From positions 810,001 to 842,000 of the forward strand of contig NC_006833.1 in NCBI RefSeq assembly GCF_000008385.1: a stretch of DNA of 32,000 nucleotides, in the 5' to 3' direction. A program made the position numbers and the translations under genes. The notes beneath the pieces were generated by a model. It was not told where the DNA came from. It saw nothing but the letters and a program-made list of their open reading frames with translations, and did not search any database. This document shows, in pieces, positions 1 to 11,050 of this stretch. Source of the stretch: Wolbachia endosymbiont strain TRS of Brugia malayi. Lineage in GTDB: Bacteria; Pseudomonadota; Alphaproteobacteria; Rickettsiales; Anaplasmataceae. Positions within the stretch are counted from its first letter, which is position 1. Each line of letters opens with the position of its first letter.

Positions 1-1212
1 AACACTTGCTACTATGAAAATCAAAGACATACCAATAAAGCCGGAATTCACCAAGCTTTTAAATATAAAAAGTTTAGCAAAAAAACCTGCAAGTGGAGGT
101 ATTCCCGCCATCGAAAATAATAGTATAGAAAGATGAAATGCCAAAACCGGACGCTTTTTTCCTATGCCAGATAAATTTGCAACACTGCAATCGTCATCAT
201 CAATTTGTATGAAATATGAGAACAATCCTATATTTGTAATGATATATATAACCAAATATATCAAGGAACTATCTGTCCCCATTCGTGTAAAGATAGAAAG
301 TGAAGCAAGTATAAAGCCAATATGACCAATTGAACTGTAAGCTAGAAGCCTCTTTAGATTCCTTTGGCGTAAAGCTCCAAAAGCTGAAATAAGTACGGAT
401 AGTGCTGAAATGTATAAAAGAACAGGTTGAAAATACTTTTCTACACCTACTAACTCCTCACCCATAAAAAATCGAATTAAAAACGTCACAAGTGCAGCTT
501 TTGGAACTGTAGAAAAAAATGCAGTTACTATAGTTGGTGCACCTTGATAGACATCTGGAGCCCACATATGAAAAGGAGCAATAGCAAGCTTGAAACATAA
601 ACCAATAAGGATAAGTACTAACCCAAAAACTATTCCATAAGTCATCTGATGATTTTCCAAAAATGAACTTAACTCAGAAAAATTGACCAGTCCCGTATAT
701 CCATAAAGTAGCGACATTCCATACAGCATGATGCAGGAAGATAACGCACTGAGTGTAAAATATTTTACTCCTGCCTCACATGAATAAACTGAATCCTTAT
801 TAAAGCTTGCAAGAACATATAAAGGTATACTCATCAACTCAAAAGATAAATAAAAAGAAATTAAATTATTTGCTGAAACCAGAGTTATCATGCCAAACAG
901 CGTAAAAAGAATTAGTATTGAAAATTCATACTCATAGTCATACTTTGATAAATTTAGCAGTAAAAGTACTAAAATTCCCGCAATAAGGATCAATCCCTGG
1001 GCTGACCTAATGTATAGATCGAGTTTCAACAATGAATTAAAGGGAAAAAACCCACTATCTTTCGCTGACAGAATTAAAATAATTAAAGTGATCACTGTGC
1101 AGCCAAGCGCCAATAAGTTAATAGTGCGGCGGTTAAATACAATTCCAAGCAGCAGCAATACTAACGAGGAAATAATAGAAAAAGTTTCCGGTAATATCTG
1201 TATGTAGCTCAT
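1..1212 (-). CDS. nuoN: NADH-quinone oxidoreductase subunit N, partial (runs off the left edge)
   Basis: The minus-strand frame starting at 1212 (MSYIQILPETFSIISSLVLLLLGIVFNRRTIN...) is hydrophobic and follows nuoM with an ATGA stop/start overlap. It still reads open at the left edge (...NSGFIGMSLIFIVASV). Confidence 0.9.
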   Translation of the reverse strand, partial: MSYIQILPETFSIISSLVLLLLGIVFNRRTINLLALGCTVITLIILILSAKDSGFFPFNSLLKLDLYIRSAQGLILIAGILVLLLLNLSKYDYEYEFSILILFTLFGMITLVSANNLISFYLSFELMSIPLYVLASFNKDSVYSCEAGVKYFTLSALSSCIMLYGMSLLYGYTGLVNFSELSSFLENHQMTYGIVFGLVLILIGLCFKLAIAPFHMWAPDVYQGAPTIVTAFFSTVPKAALVTFLIRFFMGEELVGVEKYFQPVLLYISALSVLISAFGALRQRNLKRLLAYSSIGHIGFILASLSIFTRMGTDSSLIYLVIYIITNIGLFSYFIQIDDDDCSVANLSGIGKKRPVLAFHLSILLFSMAGIPPLAGFFAKLFIFKSLVNSGFIGMSLIFIVASV

Positions 1213-2651
1213 AGGGCATTATACTTGACTAACAAATTTACCATGTATGGCTTTAAATAATTCAGTGCAAGAGTTGGGTAGAATCCAAGCAAAATAACAA
1301 GCACTGCAAGCAGAACTAAGATAAAAAATTCTATCCTATCCAAGCGGTTATTTAACAATTTAGAATAGCTAACTCCCCATATTGTTTGCTTACATAAATT
1401 CAGCATATAAACTGCGCTCAAAACAGTGCCAAGTGCGATGAACCCTGTAAAAAACCCTATACTCTTAAATATCCCAACCATAGCCAAAAATTCACCTATA
1501 AACCCAGACGTTCCAGGTAGCCCTACCGAAGACATTGAAAATAGAATAAACATAAAACCAAATTTTGGCATTGTATTTACTATGCCGAAATACTTCGAAA
1601 TCTTCAAAGTTCCAGTTCGAGTATATAGCATTCCAACGCACAAAAATAAAGCAGAAGAAATAAGCCCATGACTGATCATTTGAAATATAGCACCAAGCAC
1701 TCCCTCTTCACAAAATGAAAAGAGGCCAGCAGTAACGATTCCCATATGTGCTATTGAAGAATAAGCTATTAATTTCTTTATATCATCCTGAGCAAATGCA
1801 ACTAGTGAAGCATATATTACTGCAATCGCGCTTAACACAATAATGAAATTTGCAAAGTGGAAACTTGCCTGAGGAAGCATTGGAATCGAGAATCTTAAAA
1901 ATCCGTATCCCCCCATTTTAATAAGCAACCCAGCCAAAACCACAGATCCAGAAGTTGGCGATTGCACATGTGCATCAGGAAGCCAAGTATGAAATGGAAC
2001 CATCGGTACTTTTATTGCAAAAGAAGCAAAAAATGCAATCCATAGCAATGACTGCACTTCAGGATCAAGACTTGGTACTAACGTAGCTAATTTCCTTATA
2101 TCAAACGTTCCAAAGATATTATGAATATATACTAATCCAAGCAAAAATAACAATGAACTAACCAGTGTATAGAGGAATAACTTAAATGCTGCATATATTC
2201 TCTGCTTCCCTCCCCAGACACCAATAATAAAGAATATTGGTACTAAAACAGCTTCAAAAAATACATAAAAGCTTATAGCACTTAGTGAAATAAAGAAACC
2301 AACTACAAAACCCTCAAGCAGTAAAAATAATGCCATACATGACTTGAGGGTCGTATAACTCATTTTGCAATTGTAGAGCATACAAATAACAAATAAGAAA
2401 GTTGTAAGTAGAAGGAAAAGCAACGATATACCATCCACTCCTATTCCAGCATTTTTAATTGGATAGCTGACAAACTGAAAGTCTGTATTGTTATAATCAA
2501 ACTTTATACAAACTACAATGCTAAGCAAAAATGGAAGTACAGAAAAAAGTAGAGAGATGAATCTTAGATATATTGATTTACAATCAATCTTGATTAAAGA
2601 TAAAATCAATGCTCCTATTAGCGGAAGCAAAAATATGCTAAGTAATAACAC
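1209..2651 (-). CDS. nuoM: NADH-quinone oxidoreductase subunit M
   Basis: 480 aa; proton-translocating antiporter-like motifs such as FASFAIKVPMVPFHTWLPDAHVQSPTSGSVVLAGLLIKMGGYGFLR. Confidence 0.97.
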   Translation of the reverse strand: MLLLSIFLLPLIGALILSLIKIDCKSIYLRFISLLFSVLPFLLSIVVCIKFDYNNTDFQFVSYPIKNAGIGVDGISLLFLLLTTFLFVICMLYNCKMSYTTLKSCMALFLLLEGFVVGFFISLSAISFYVFFEAVLVPIFFIIGVWGGKQRIYAAFKLFLYTLVSSLLFLLGLVYIHNIFGTFDIRKLATLVPSLDPEVQSLLWIAFFASFAIKVPMVPFHTWLPDAHVQSPTSGSVVLAGLLIKMGGYGFLRFSIPMLPQASFHFANFIIVLSAIAVIYASLVAFAQDDIKKLIAYSSIAHMGIVTAGLFSFCEEGVLGAIFQMISHGLISSALFLCVGMLYTRTGTLKISKYFGIVNTMPKFGFMFILFSMSSVGLPGTSGFIGEFLAMVGIFKSIGFFTGFIALGTVLSAVYMLNLCKQTIWGVSYSKLLNNRLDRIEFFILVLLAVLVILLGFYPTLALNYLKPYMVNLLVKYNAL

Positions 2652-2654
2652 TGT

Positions 2655-4511
2655 TTATTTTATTCCAATAATATACAAAGCACTGATTACTAAAGTAACA
2701 AACATAACAAATGCATAATCAAATATATAGCCAGTTTGTAACTTTATAGCACCCTTTGAACATTCATCAACTAACCTTACAACACCATTTGGTCCAAATG
2801 AATCAATAGCCTTAACATCAAACTTCCATAGGAGCCTAGATACAAACTTCACCGGTGCAACTATAATAAGTCCGTATACTTCATCAAAGTACCATTTATC
2901 CTGTAAAAATTTAAGTAAAAATTTACCCTTAATTTGTTTTATTATTTGATAGTGGTAAACCAAATATGCAAATGTTACTCCACTTAGGCTCATTATGGTC
3001 GGTAATAATTTTATAAAGAAACTATGAACTGTATGCTCACTAACAACTACTAAACTTGACTTCCAGAATGTACTACTAGTTATGTTCAAAATATTTGTTC
3101 CCCACATTCCAGAAAATACTGATCCAAAAGCAAGTATCAGTAGTGGTATAAGCATAATCTTTGGTGCTTCATGTATATTGATTTTACTTTGTCTTTGGCT
3201 ATGAAATACAAGAAGTAACAACCTCCAAGAGTAAAGCGCTGTAAAGAATGCAATAACTAAGCTTACTACAAAAGCAAAACTATCCACACTATAAGCATGT
3301 TCAATTATTAAATCCTTTGAGTAAAAACCTGCAAATGGAAATATTCCAGAAAGTGCAAGAGATCCAATCCACATGAGAGCATAAGTGTAGGGAATTTCCT
3401 TCCAGCAATTTCCCATTTTTTGAATGTTTTGCTCATGATGCATTGCATGAATCACATTACCTGCACCAAGAAATAATAGAGCCTTAAAAAAGGCGTGCGT
3501 CATTAAATGAAAAATAGCAACATTGTAAGCAGAAAGGCCACACGCCATAAACATATAACCAAGTTGGCTGCAAGTTGAATAAGCAATTATTTTCTTTATA
3601 TTATTTTGAGTAATTGCAACGGTAGCTGCGAAAAAAGCAGTGAGCGCACCAACAGTAACTATTAACTCTTGCGTTACATTTGATAGCTTAAACAATGGAG
3701 AACATTTTGCTACTAAAAATATACCAGCTGTCACCATCGTTGCTGCATGAATAAGCGCAGATACGGGAGTTGGCCCTTCCATCGCATCCGGCAGCCAAAT
3801 ATGTAAGCCAAACTGAGCAGATTTACCCATACAGCCAATAAAAAGTAATACACATATTATATGAATTACTTTAAACTCACAGCAGAATGTCCTGATGTTC
3901 TGTGCACCAAAAAGGTCAGCCGTGCTAAAAACTTCAGTAAAATTCAAAGAATGAAACTTATAATAAATAAGAAAAATTCCAATTAATAGCGCAAAGTCTC
4001 CTATCCTATTTACAATAAATGCCTTGACTGCAGCATTATTTGCAGAATATTTTTGAAACCAAAATCCTATGAGCAAATAAGAGCATAAGCCAACTCCCTC
4101 CCAGCCAAAGAAAAGTTGGACGAAATTGTCGCTTACAACTAGCACAATCATACAAAACGTAAATAGTGATAGGTAAGAAAAGAACCTAGACTTCCCCTTA
4201 TCATGCTCCATATAACCAACAGAATAGAGATGAACTACCAGCGAAATAGTAGTAATTACAATTAGCATCAAAGATGAAAGAGCATCAATACTAACTGCCC
4301 AATCTACTTTCAGGATGCTCAATGAAAGCAGAGGAAATAAAACAACATGATGATTTTTAGAGAAGTTGAGAAAAATATACCAAGACAAAGCTGCAGATAT
4401 TCCAATCCCTGCAATTGTAATTAACTGGCTAAAAATGTCCCTTCTAAAGAACGCTGCAAATAATGAACCAAAAAGTGGCAAAAATACTATCAATTTTAGT
4501 ATACCTGTCAT
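2655..4511 (-). CDS. nuoL: NADH-quinone oxidoreductase subunit L
   Basis: 618 aa; FFGWEGVGLCSYLLIGFW and GLHIWLPDAMEGPTPVSALIHAATMVTAG motifs. Confidence 0.97.
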   Translation of the reverse strand: MTGILKLIVFLPLFGSLFAAFFRRDIFSQLITIAGIGISAALSWYIFLNFSKNHHVVLFPLLSLSILKVDWAVSIDALSSLMLIVITTISLVVHLYSVGYMEHDKGKSRFFSYLSLFTFCMIVLVVSDNFVQLFFGWEGVGLCSYLLIGFWFQKYSANNAAVKAFIVNRIGDFALLIGIFLIYYKFHSLNFTEVFSTADLFGAQNIRTFCCEFKVIHIICVLLFIGCMGKSAQFGLHIWLPDAMEGPTPVSALIHAATMVTAGIFLVAKCSPLFKLSNVTQELIVTVGALTAFFAATVAITQNNIKKIIAYSTCSQLGYMFMACGLSAYNVAIFHLMTHAFFKALLFLGAGNVIHAMHHEQNIQKMGNCWKEIPYTYALMWIGSLALSGIFPFAGFYSKDLIIEHAYSVDSFAFVVSLVIAFFTALYSWRLLLLVFHSQRQSKINIHEAPKIMLIPLLILAFGSVFSGMWGTNILNITSSTFWKSSLVVVSEHTVHSFFIKLLPTIMSLSGVTFAYLVYHYQIIKQIKGKFLLKFLQDKWYFDEVYGLIIVAPVKFVSRLLWKFDVKAIDSFGPNGVVRLVDECSKGAIKLQTGYIFDYAFVMFVTLVISALYIIGIK

Positions 4512-4515
4512 ACCT

Positions 4516-4824
4516 TCATTCTTTCATTAAATTTGCTTGCTCAACATCTATGTTGCCACGTCTCCTATAATGCACAACCAGTATTGTAAGTCCTATACCC
4601 GACTCTGCTGCAGCAACAGTCAACACAAACATGACAAAAAATTGCCCAACTATATCATGCATAAAGGCAGAAAAAGCAACTAAGTTGATATTAACTGCCA
4701 GAAGTAATATTTCCACTGATAACAGTATATTAATTATGCTCTTACGGTTGATAAAAATACCGCACACTCCAATAGTAAACAAAATAGCAGCAACTACCAA
4801 GAAATGATTCAATCCTACTTCCAT
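4516..4824 (-). CDS. nuoK: NADH-quinone oxidoreductase subunit K
   Basis: 102 aa; typical NuoK sequence ([34 protein letters not shown]...[17 protein letters not shown]). Confidence 0.97.
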   Translation of the reverse strand: MEVGLNHFLVVAAILFTIGVCGIFINRKSIINILLSVEILLLAVNINLVAFSAFMHDIVGQFFVMFVLTVAAAESGIGLTILVVHYRRRGNIDVEQANLMKE

Positions 4825-5402
4825 TCCACTCCTTTTCCAAACTTAGCCTTAACCAACTTTACAGACGAAGACTGTGTCAATTGCTTTAATACATTCTGTC
4901 TTTTAATTCCCTTCTTCTTGTCCTGCAAAGTAAGAGCAATTGCACCAACAATCGCAACAAGCAGTAAAATACCGGAAAGATGAAAGGCATACATATAGTC
5001 AGTATACAACAAATCACCAATAGCTTTCACGTTATTGGCATTATAGTCTATAACACTGCTTATATTCAGTACTGAGCTGCAGATTACAAAGCTGATAACC
5101 AGAAAAAACACAACACATAATATAATACTAAAAGTGAAATGCTTTGCAAAACCTTGGTGTATTCTTATATAATCAATATCAAGCATCATAACCACAAAGA
5201 GGAATAATACTGCAACCGCACCGATGTACACTATCAATACCATCATAGCAATAAACTCAGCCCCAAGGAGGATAAAAAGTACTGTAGAGCTAACGAAGGT
5301 AAAAATCAAAAATAACACTGCATGTACAGGATTCCTTACGCTAATCACACAAACAGCAGATAAAATGCTCAAAATCGAAAAAAAATAAAAGAAAAAAGGC
5401 AT
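4815..5402 (-). CDS. nuoJ: NADH-quinone oxidoreductase subunit J
   Basis: 195 aa; NuoJ motifs ([52 protein letters not shown]); overlaps nuoK by 10 nt. Confidence 0.96.
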   Translation of the reverse strand: MPFFFYFFSILSILSAVCVISVRNPVHAVLFLIFTFVSSTVLFILLGAEFIAMMVLIVYIGAVAVLFLFVVMMLDIDYIRIHQGFAKHFTFSIILCVVFFLVISFVICSSVLNISSVIDYNANNVKAIGDLLYTDYMYAFHLSGILLLVAIVGAIALTLQDKKKGIKRQNVLKQLTQSSSVKLVKAKFGKGVEWK

Positions 5403-5687
5403 TAATACTTTAACTGCAATAACAGTTACTAATTTAAAGTAACTATTATTGTAAAGTCAACAAACTTCTCGCACAGCAGCGTATTGAATACATAGAAACT
5501 ACTTGATAAATTTCAACAACCTCATTATCACAGTACCAATGGTATTTGTGAATTCACAACTTATTTTTGACCTGCAGGTTTAACAATAAAATTCAGTAAA
5601 AAAACTCAGGTGTTTATTGGTGGATTACATCAAATTATTGCGGCTGCATGTCTTTTAAGTTTTTCTACATACAGCCAAATCGAGCTT

Positions 5688-5900
5688 AAGCTAAGCGTCA
5701 ACATATTACTACAGCGCCAGTTTAAATTACTATAGGAGTCAAAACTCACTACCAGGTTTTTCTGTCTTTTTTTCGATTAGTAAGTTTCTTAGCACTCTCA
5801 GTTGCAATCTAAAAGCAAGAATAAAAAACACCAATATTTTGAAGTAAATACAGTCACCACAGGGTTTCTTTTGCTTTTTTTTATGTAAGAAAATTATAGC
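5688..5900. repeat. Two degenerate copies of an intergenic repeat (about 5688-5795 and 5845-5900)
   Basis: gcgtcaaca...ccaggtttttctgtctttttttcgattagtaagtttctta and cagtcaccacagggtttcttttgcttttttttatgtaagaaaatt resemble sequence at 9308-9435 and 16766-16890. Confidence 0.5.
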
Positions 5901-6013
5901 AAACTAAGTTTTGCTGAAATGTAACTTTTCAAAATTTTACAAAAACCCCCTGACAAAAAGGTTGACCTGCTTTTTTAGTGTTTATAACAGGGCGAGGTTG
6001 TCAAATAGCATAG

Positions 6014-6655
6014 GTGATGCGTAATTTTCTGCAAGCAAAAAAGTATTTAATCTTATTAATCTTTAGTATAAATGTTTGTTATGCAGAAAATGTTTTACTA
6101 CAAACTCCACAAAAGGTTTCCGCAGAAGATATCGACAGAATAACAGCTAATCAGTCAGTAGTATGTGTTTTACCTAGTAGAACGGAAACAATTACATATG
6201 AAATGGTGTTAGAATTTCCGCATAGACCAGGAAACAGCAAACTAGGGTTCCAACTTACCTTTAGTGGTAAAAAATTAATTAAAGAATTAACAAAGCAAGA
6301 AAACGTTTTGTTCAGCAATAAAGAAGGATAAAAAAAATTACGAACATGGTTGTGTGGCTAATAGCAAAAAACCAAGTAGTAAAAAGTTAAATAATGCCTC
6401 TCGTTTTACTCAATCTTTGTATGTACAAAATACAACCCCAGATAGGATGTTGGTACCACAAATTGCTAAACTCATCAGTGACAAGAATGTAATTTTCTAG
6501 ACTGGCGCTGAAATATCAGCACCAGTAGTACCAGATGTATCTGAGCTTAACAAACAACTTGGGGTAGCTTCTTACGATCGCAATCTAAAGCAATATGATG
6601 CTGTTGCAGCTATCCATAAAATTCTTAAAGAATCAAAGTTTTTAAAATACAGATA
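6014..6655 (+). pseudogene. Degraded gene for a secreted protein of unknown function
   Basis: The 6014-6331 ORF has a signal-peptide-like N-terminus (KKYLILLIFSINVCYA). At its end an A-run (6330-6337) shifts into a frame reading KDKKNYEHGCVANSKKPSSKKLNNASRFTQ...DKNVIF, then TAG, then TGAEISAPVVPDVSELNKQLGVASYDRNLKQYDAVAAIHKILKESKFLKYR* in the same frame. Confidence 0.55.
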
Positions 6656-6753
6656 ATCTTTACAAAACTTATTTTTATGGGATACCAACCACGGTTCATT
6701 ATGCAGTAAAAAACACAGTTCCACTTAAAAATTGGTAGCTACTAACTGTAAAT

Positions 6754-6948
6754 GTGGATTTACTTCACCAATGTTCAGGGGCTGAGATTTTAGGAAATAT
6801 GAGTAGCAAAATGAATTTTGATTGGCTAATAAATAACATCAAATCAGAACATTTAAAACAAATTGATTTTGTTGTTACTTGTGGGCTTAGTAGTGACAAA
6901 GCTGGGTTTCTTGCTTTGTATAAAAACACAACCCTAAAGGAAAAATAA
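6754..6948 (+). pseudogene. Short ORF or gene remnant, unknown family
   Basis: 64 aa ORF (MDLLHQCSGAEILGNMSSKMNFDWLINNIKSEHLKQIDFVV...) in a gap with other broken reading frames, including a downstream DPAQPNYLGNDDILVAGYLQEILPDLFENLPQL frame. Confidence 0.3.
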
Positions 6949-7132
6949 TCGCAATGGACCCAGCGCAACCAAATTATTTAGGGAATGATGACATTTTGGT
7001 AGCTGGTTATCTGCAAGAAATTTTGCCTGATCTATTTGAAAATTTGCCTCAGCTTTAATTACGTGAGAATAAAAATTTTACAGAGCACAAACAATAAGGT
7101 TAACTTATGTAACTATATTTGTTAGGGCTGCA

Positions 7133-9049
7133 ATGAACGATTATCTCTCACTGCTAAATCCGGAACAACAATCAGCTGTAACTAAAGTAGATGGGCCAGT
7201 TTTGATACTGGCTGGGGCTGGAACAGGAAAGACAAGAACGATTACTTCAAGAATAGCACATATAATTCGAAATGGTTACGCTCATTCTGATGAGATATTG
7301 GCAGTCACATTCACAAACAAAGCAGCAAATGAAATGGTATCAAGAGTGCTCAAACTCACGGGTACAAATATACTATGGCTTGGCACTTTCCATGCAATTG
7401 CAGCAAAAATTTTACGTCGTCACGCTGATATTGTGGGCTTAAACCCCAATTTTACAATTATTGGCGTGGATGACCAACTACAAGTAATAAAAAATATTAT
7501 TAATGAAGTAAGCCCCAATAATTTGTCAGAAAAACATAGTACCATTATGAACACAATTCAAAAATGGAAAGAAAAGTGCTTACTGCCGTCAGAAGTGGAA
7601 GAAACTCAACTATTTAGGCCAATATACATAATTGCATTAAAAGTTTATCACCAATATCAGGAAAGGCTAAAGTTCCTTAACTCCGTTGATTTTGGCGATT
7701 TACTACTGTATAATATACAACTCTTCAATCAAAAAACTGAAATTCTGTCCTATTATCAGGGCAAGTTTAAATATATTATGGTAGATGAGTACCAAGATAC
7801 AAATGTAATACAATATCTTTGGCTAAAATACCTTGCAAAAGAGCACTCAAATATTTGTTGTGTGGGAGATGACGATCAATCGATATATAGCTGGCGTGGT
7901 GCAGAGGTTAAAAACATTTTGAAATTTTCCGACGATTTTAAAAATGCAAAAATCATCAAACTAGAGTGTAATTACAGATCAACATCTCATATACTTGCAA
8001 CTGCGTCATATGTCATCAATCACAATAAAACTCGCTTAGAAAAAAAATTGTGGACAACAAACATCAAAGGGGAAAAGGTAAATTTAATAAAATTATGGGA
8101 TGGAAAAGCTGAAGCAAGATTCATAAGTGAACAGATATTAAAGCTTAATAAATACAGATTCAGCGACATGGCAGTACTGGTTAGGGCTACTTTCCAAACT
8201 AGAGTTCTGGAAGAGTATTTTATAAAATATTCGATTCCCTATAAGATTATAAGTGGCGTAAAATTCTATGAACGTCAAGAAGTCAGGGATGTAATTGCAT
8301 ATTTAAGACTCGTTACAAACAATAATGATGACTTAGCTTTTGAAAGAATAGTGAATCGGCCAAAAAGAAGCATAGGACCTACCACTTTAAAAAAGATATA
8401 CACGGTTGCTCAAGGTAACAAAACTTCTTTTTTCGAAGCGGCAAAAATATTAGTTAATAGTAATCAGGTAATTGAGAAAATTAAACTTTCACTAAATGAT
8501 TTTTTTAATAAAATTAAAGCTTGGGAAGAAATGATAAGTGTCAAACCACTACACAAGTTTGTTAAAACTATAGCGAACCAATCGGGATATATTGAAATGC
8601 TTGAAAATGAAGAAGTAACAGGCTTAGCACGAATAGAAAATGTCAAGGAGCTCATTTCATCTTTAAAAAATTTTGACAATGCTACAACTTTCTTGGAGCA
8701 TATAAGCTTAGTTATGGAAGTGGATAATATGAATAATGACGATACCGTACACGTCATGACTCTTCACGCAGCTAAGGGGCTTGAATTTCCATGTGTGTTC
8801 TTACCTGGTTGGGAAGAAGGGCTATTTCCCCACCAAAGGTCTTTTGAAGATAAAAGTGGCAAAGCCTTAGAAGAAGAAAGAAGGCTTGCATATGTTGGAA
8901 TAACTAGAGCAAAGGAAAAGTTAATCATTTCATGTGCAGACAGAAGGGAAATTAATAACCAGTGGCAACCAATGTACGCTTCGCGATTTCTTAAAGAGCT
9001 GCCAAGGGAAAATGTTGAAGTAATTAAGAGTAATATTGCCTACTGTTGA
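7133..9049 (+). CDS. uvrD: UvrD/PcrA-type superfamily I DNA helicase
   Basis: 638 aa; Walker A GAGTGKTRT, LLLYNIQLF...VDEYQDTN, GDDDQSIYSWRGA, VHVMTLHAAKGLEFPCVFLPGWEEGLFPH, VGITRA. Confidence 0.95.
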   Translation: MNDYLSLLNPEQQSAVTKVDGPVLILAGAGTGKTRTITSRIAHIIRNGYAHSDEILAVTFTNKAANEMVSRVLKLTGTNILWLGTFHAIAAKILRRHADIVGLNPNFTIIGVDDQLQVIKNIINEVSPNNLSEKHSTIMNTIQKWKEKCLLPSEVEETQLFRPIYIIALKVYHQYQERLKFLNSVDFGDLLLYNIQLFNQKTEILSYYQGKFKYIMVDEYQDTNVIQYLWLKYLAKEHSNICCVGDDDQSIYSWRGAEVKNILKFSDDFKNAKIIKLECNYRSTSHILATASYVINHNKTRLEKKLWTTNIKGEKVNLIKLWDGKAEARFISEQILKLNKYRFSDMAVLVRATFQTRVLEEYFIKYSIPYKIISGVKFYERQEVRDVIAYLRLVTNNNDDLAFERIVNRPKRSIGPTTLKKIYTVAQGNKTSFFEAAKILVNSNQVIEKIKLSLNDFFNKIKAWEEMISVKPLHKFVKTIANQSGYIEMLENEEVTGLARIENVKELISSLKNFDNATTFLEHISLVMEVDNMNNDDTVHVMTLHAAKGLEFPCVFLPGWEEGLFPHQRSFEDKSGKALEEERRLAYVGITRAKEKLIISCADRREINNQWQPMYASRFLKELPRENVEVIKSNIAYC

Positions 9050-9307
9050 AACAGGCAATTTTGCTATGTTTATACAGTTGTAGGCCAAGTTATAGAATGG
9101 CAGAAACAAAGCTATAAAAAAATTACTTGATACATTTTCTAGTCTCCTTATTATCGATAATAAGGTTGTTTCACAATTTAAAGCCTATCGAAAGTCAAGA
9201 CCTAGGGGGTGTATTTTTTAGTATGTTGCACTTAATTTCTAGGGTGTCTTTGCTGCATTCTTCTGAGCTTTTTCTATAACAGGGTTGCTATACCTAATAC
9301 TATGAAT

Positions 9308-9435
9308 CACGCTTATTAAGTGTTATCAAAAAACGTCAACATTATAAAATGGGTGGTGAATAACTGGCCACTACAGGTTTTCCTTTGCCTTTTTTTATTT
9401 AGTAAAATTTCTTAATATTTATAGCTAAAGATTAT
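9308..9435. repeat. Degenerate dispersed intergenic repeat copy
   Basis: cgcttattaag...aaacgtcaacattataaaatgggtggtgaataactggccactacaggttttcctttgcctttttttttatttagtaaaatttcttaatatttatagct, similar to 16766-16890. Confidence 0.6.
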
Positions 9436-9500
9436 AATAAAGATATTGTGATGGCATGACAAGAAAATCTAGTCCGTGTTAGTTATAAAATTTAATTTAC

Positions 9501-10478
9501 TTAGAAAACTTTTATAATATTTAACCCACTTACTTTCCTGTTTTCCATATCGTGATGAGCCTTGATTATTTCATCAAATTTATATTTTTTGTTAATCCTT
9601 ACAGTTAAAAGTTTTTTCTTTACCATCTCAAAGATTTCCATTGCAGTGAGAACTAATGCGAATCTGTCACGCTTGTAATGATATATTGAGGTTCCTGTGG
9701 CAAATAAAGAACGTGAACTAAGTAAAGAAAAACTAACCGGAGCAATACCTGATATCTGCCCATAGGAAACATATATACCAAATTTACTCAGAGATTCAAA
9801 AGAAAGCCTGCTTGTAGAATAGCCTATCGGATCATACACTGCACCTACTCCTCTGTTTTGTGTAATTTCCATAATTTTAGAAACAAAGTTTTTATCATTA
9901 TAATTTATTGCATATGTACAGCCATTCTGTAAAGCTACTTCCATTTTTTTGTCAGAACTTACAGAGCCTATAACTACACCCTTTTTATCCTTTGCCCATT
10001 GGCATATTATCTGTCCTAAACCGCCATTAGCCCCGTGAACTAGCACAAAAGCGCCAGGCTTTATTTTATAAGATTGATTAATCAAATAGTGAGCCGTCAT
10101 GCCTTTAAACAGCACCGCAGCTACAACTTCATCTGGTATTTCATCTGGAATTTTTACCAGATATTTCTGGTGTATGACACGTTTTTCACAATATGCTCCA
10201 GGTGGTGCCGTACAATATCCAACTCTATCTCCAATCTGTAAACTATCATCTATTTTTTTACCAAGCTTTTCAATAACTCCTACTGCTTCCACTCCAAGCA
10301 CTGATGGTAAACCTTTAATTTTGCGAACGCCTTTTCTATGCTCCAAGTCATAACGATTTAAGCCTATAGCTGTGTGACGTATTAAAACTTCCTCGCCTTT
10401 TGGCTCACCTATACTCTTATCTATAAACTCTAATACTTCTGGTCCTCCAGTTTTTTTAATTTGTACAGCTCCAACCAT
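9501..10478 (-). CDS. Quinone oxidoreductase-like, zinc-type alcohol dehydrogenase superfamily (MDR)
   Basis: 325 aa; AAPGGAYCEKRVI-like segment, VHGANGGLGQIICQWAKDKKGVVIGSVSSDKK nucleotide-binding motif, KVSGLNIIKVF end. Confidence 0.9.
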   Translation of the reverse strand: MVGAVQIKKTGGPEVLEFIDKSIGEPKGEEVLIRHTAIGLNRYDLEHRKGVRKIKGLPSVLGVEAVGVIEKLGKKIDDSLQIGDRVGYCTAPPGAYCEKRVIHQKYLVKIPDEIPDEVVAAVLFKGMTAHYLINQSYKIKPGAFVLVHGANGGLGQIICQWAKDKKGVVIGSVSSDKKMEVALQNGCTYAINYNDKNFVSKIMEITQNRGVGAVYDPIGYSTSRLSFESLSKFGIYVSYGQISGIAPVSFSLLSSRSLFATGTSIYHYKRDRFALVLTAMEIFEMVKKKLLTVRINKKYKFDEIIKAHHDMENRKVSGLNIIKVF

Positions 10479-10822
10479 GATGAATATAAGATAAAAACTT
10501 TAATTATGTTACCTAACAACTAACCTCTTGCAAAACTATTTAGAGACTATACTGTAGGATGTATTAATAGTGAGATAAGTTATGACAAATAAAAATTTTT
10601 ATTATACTCTGTGCAGAGTATCAAATAGCGTAAACAATGATTGTAATTTAAGTGCAACTAATATAATAGAAAAAATGAGAGAAAAGTTAAAAGAGGAGAC
10701 CAATCGACCTGAACTAGAAGCAAAAAAACTCCGTAGTACCTGGAAAGAAATCTTAATATTGATCACAAATTCAATATAGAAACAGAACTTTGTCATAAAT
10801 CAAGCAGTTTGCTTGAACAGCT

Positions 10823-11050
10823 ATGGGTTACACTAGCACCTATTCTAAATTCTTCTTTTTGCTAAATGTGGCCAAAGCTTTAACAGAAGCAGGAGTTAAC
10901 ATACAAAATAGAAAAAAATATCTATATGCCTGTGCTTGGTTCGGTTCCACAGACTTATTGGCAGTTTTTCTAAAAGCAGAAGCAAGTAATGGCCAAATGA
11001 AGACTGTTGTGAAGAACCACTTTAGATCGTCCTGTTTGCTTATACAATAA
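10823..11050 (+). pseudogene. Possible ankyrin-repeat remnant
   Basis: NVAKALTEAGVNIQNRKKYLYACAWFGSTDLLAVFLKAEA resembles ankyrin spacing (vAkaLieaGanin... lyaAawfGhtDlvavLLkaga); surrounding frames are broken. Confidence 0.35.

Noticed and set aside
1426-1671. Plus-strand ORF opposite nuoM, and similar 2518-2718
   Set aside because: Antisense to a well-supported membrane protein gene or its junction; no independent coding sign.
8464-8757. Minus-strand ORF inside the helicase gene
   Set aside because: Fully overlaps strongly conserved uvrD-type coding sequence; shadow frame.
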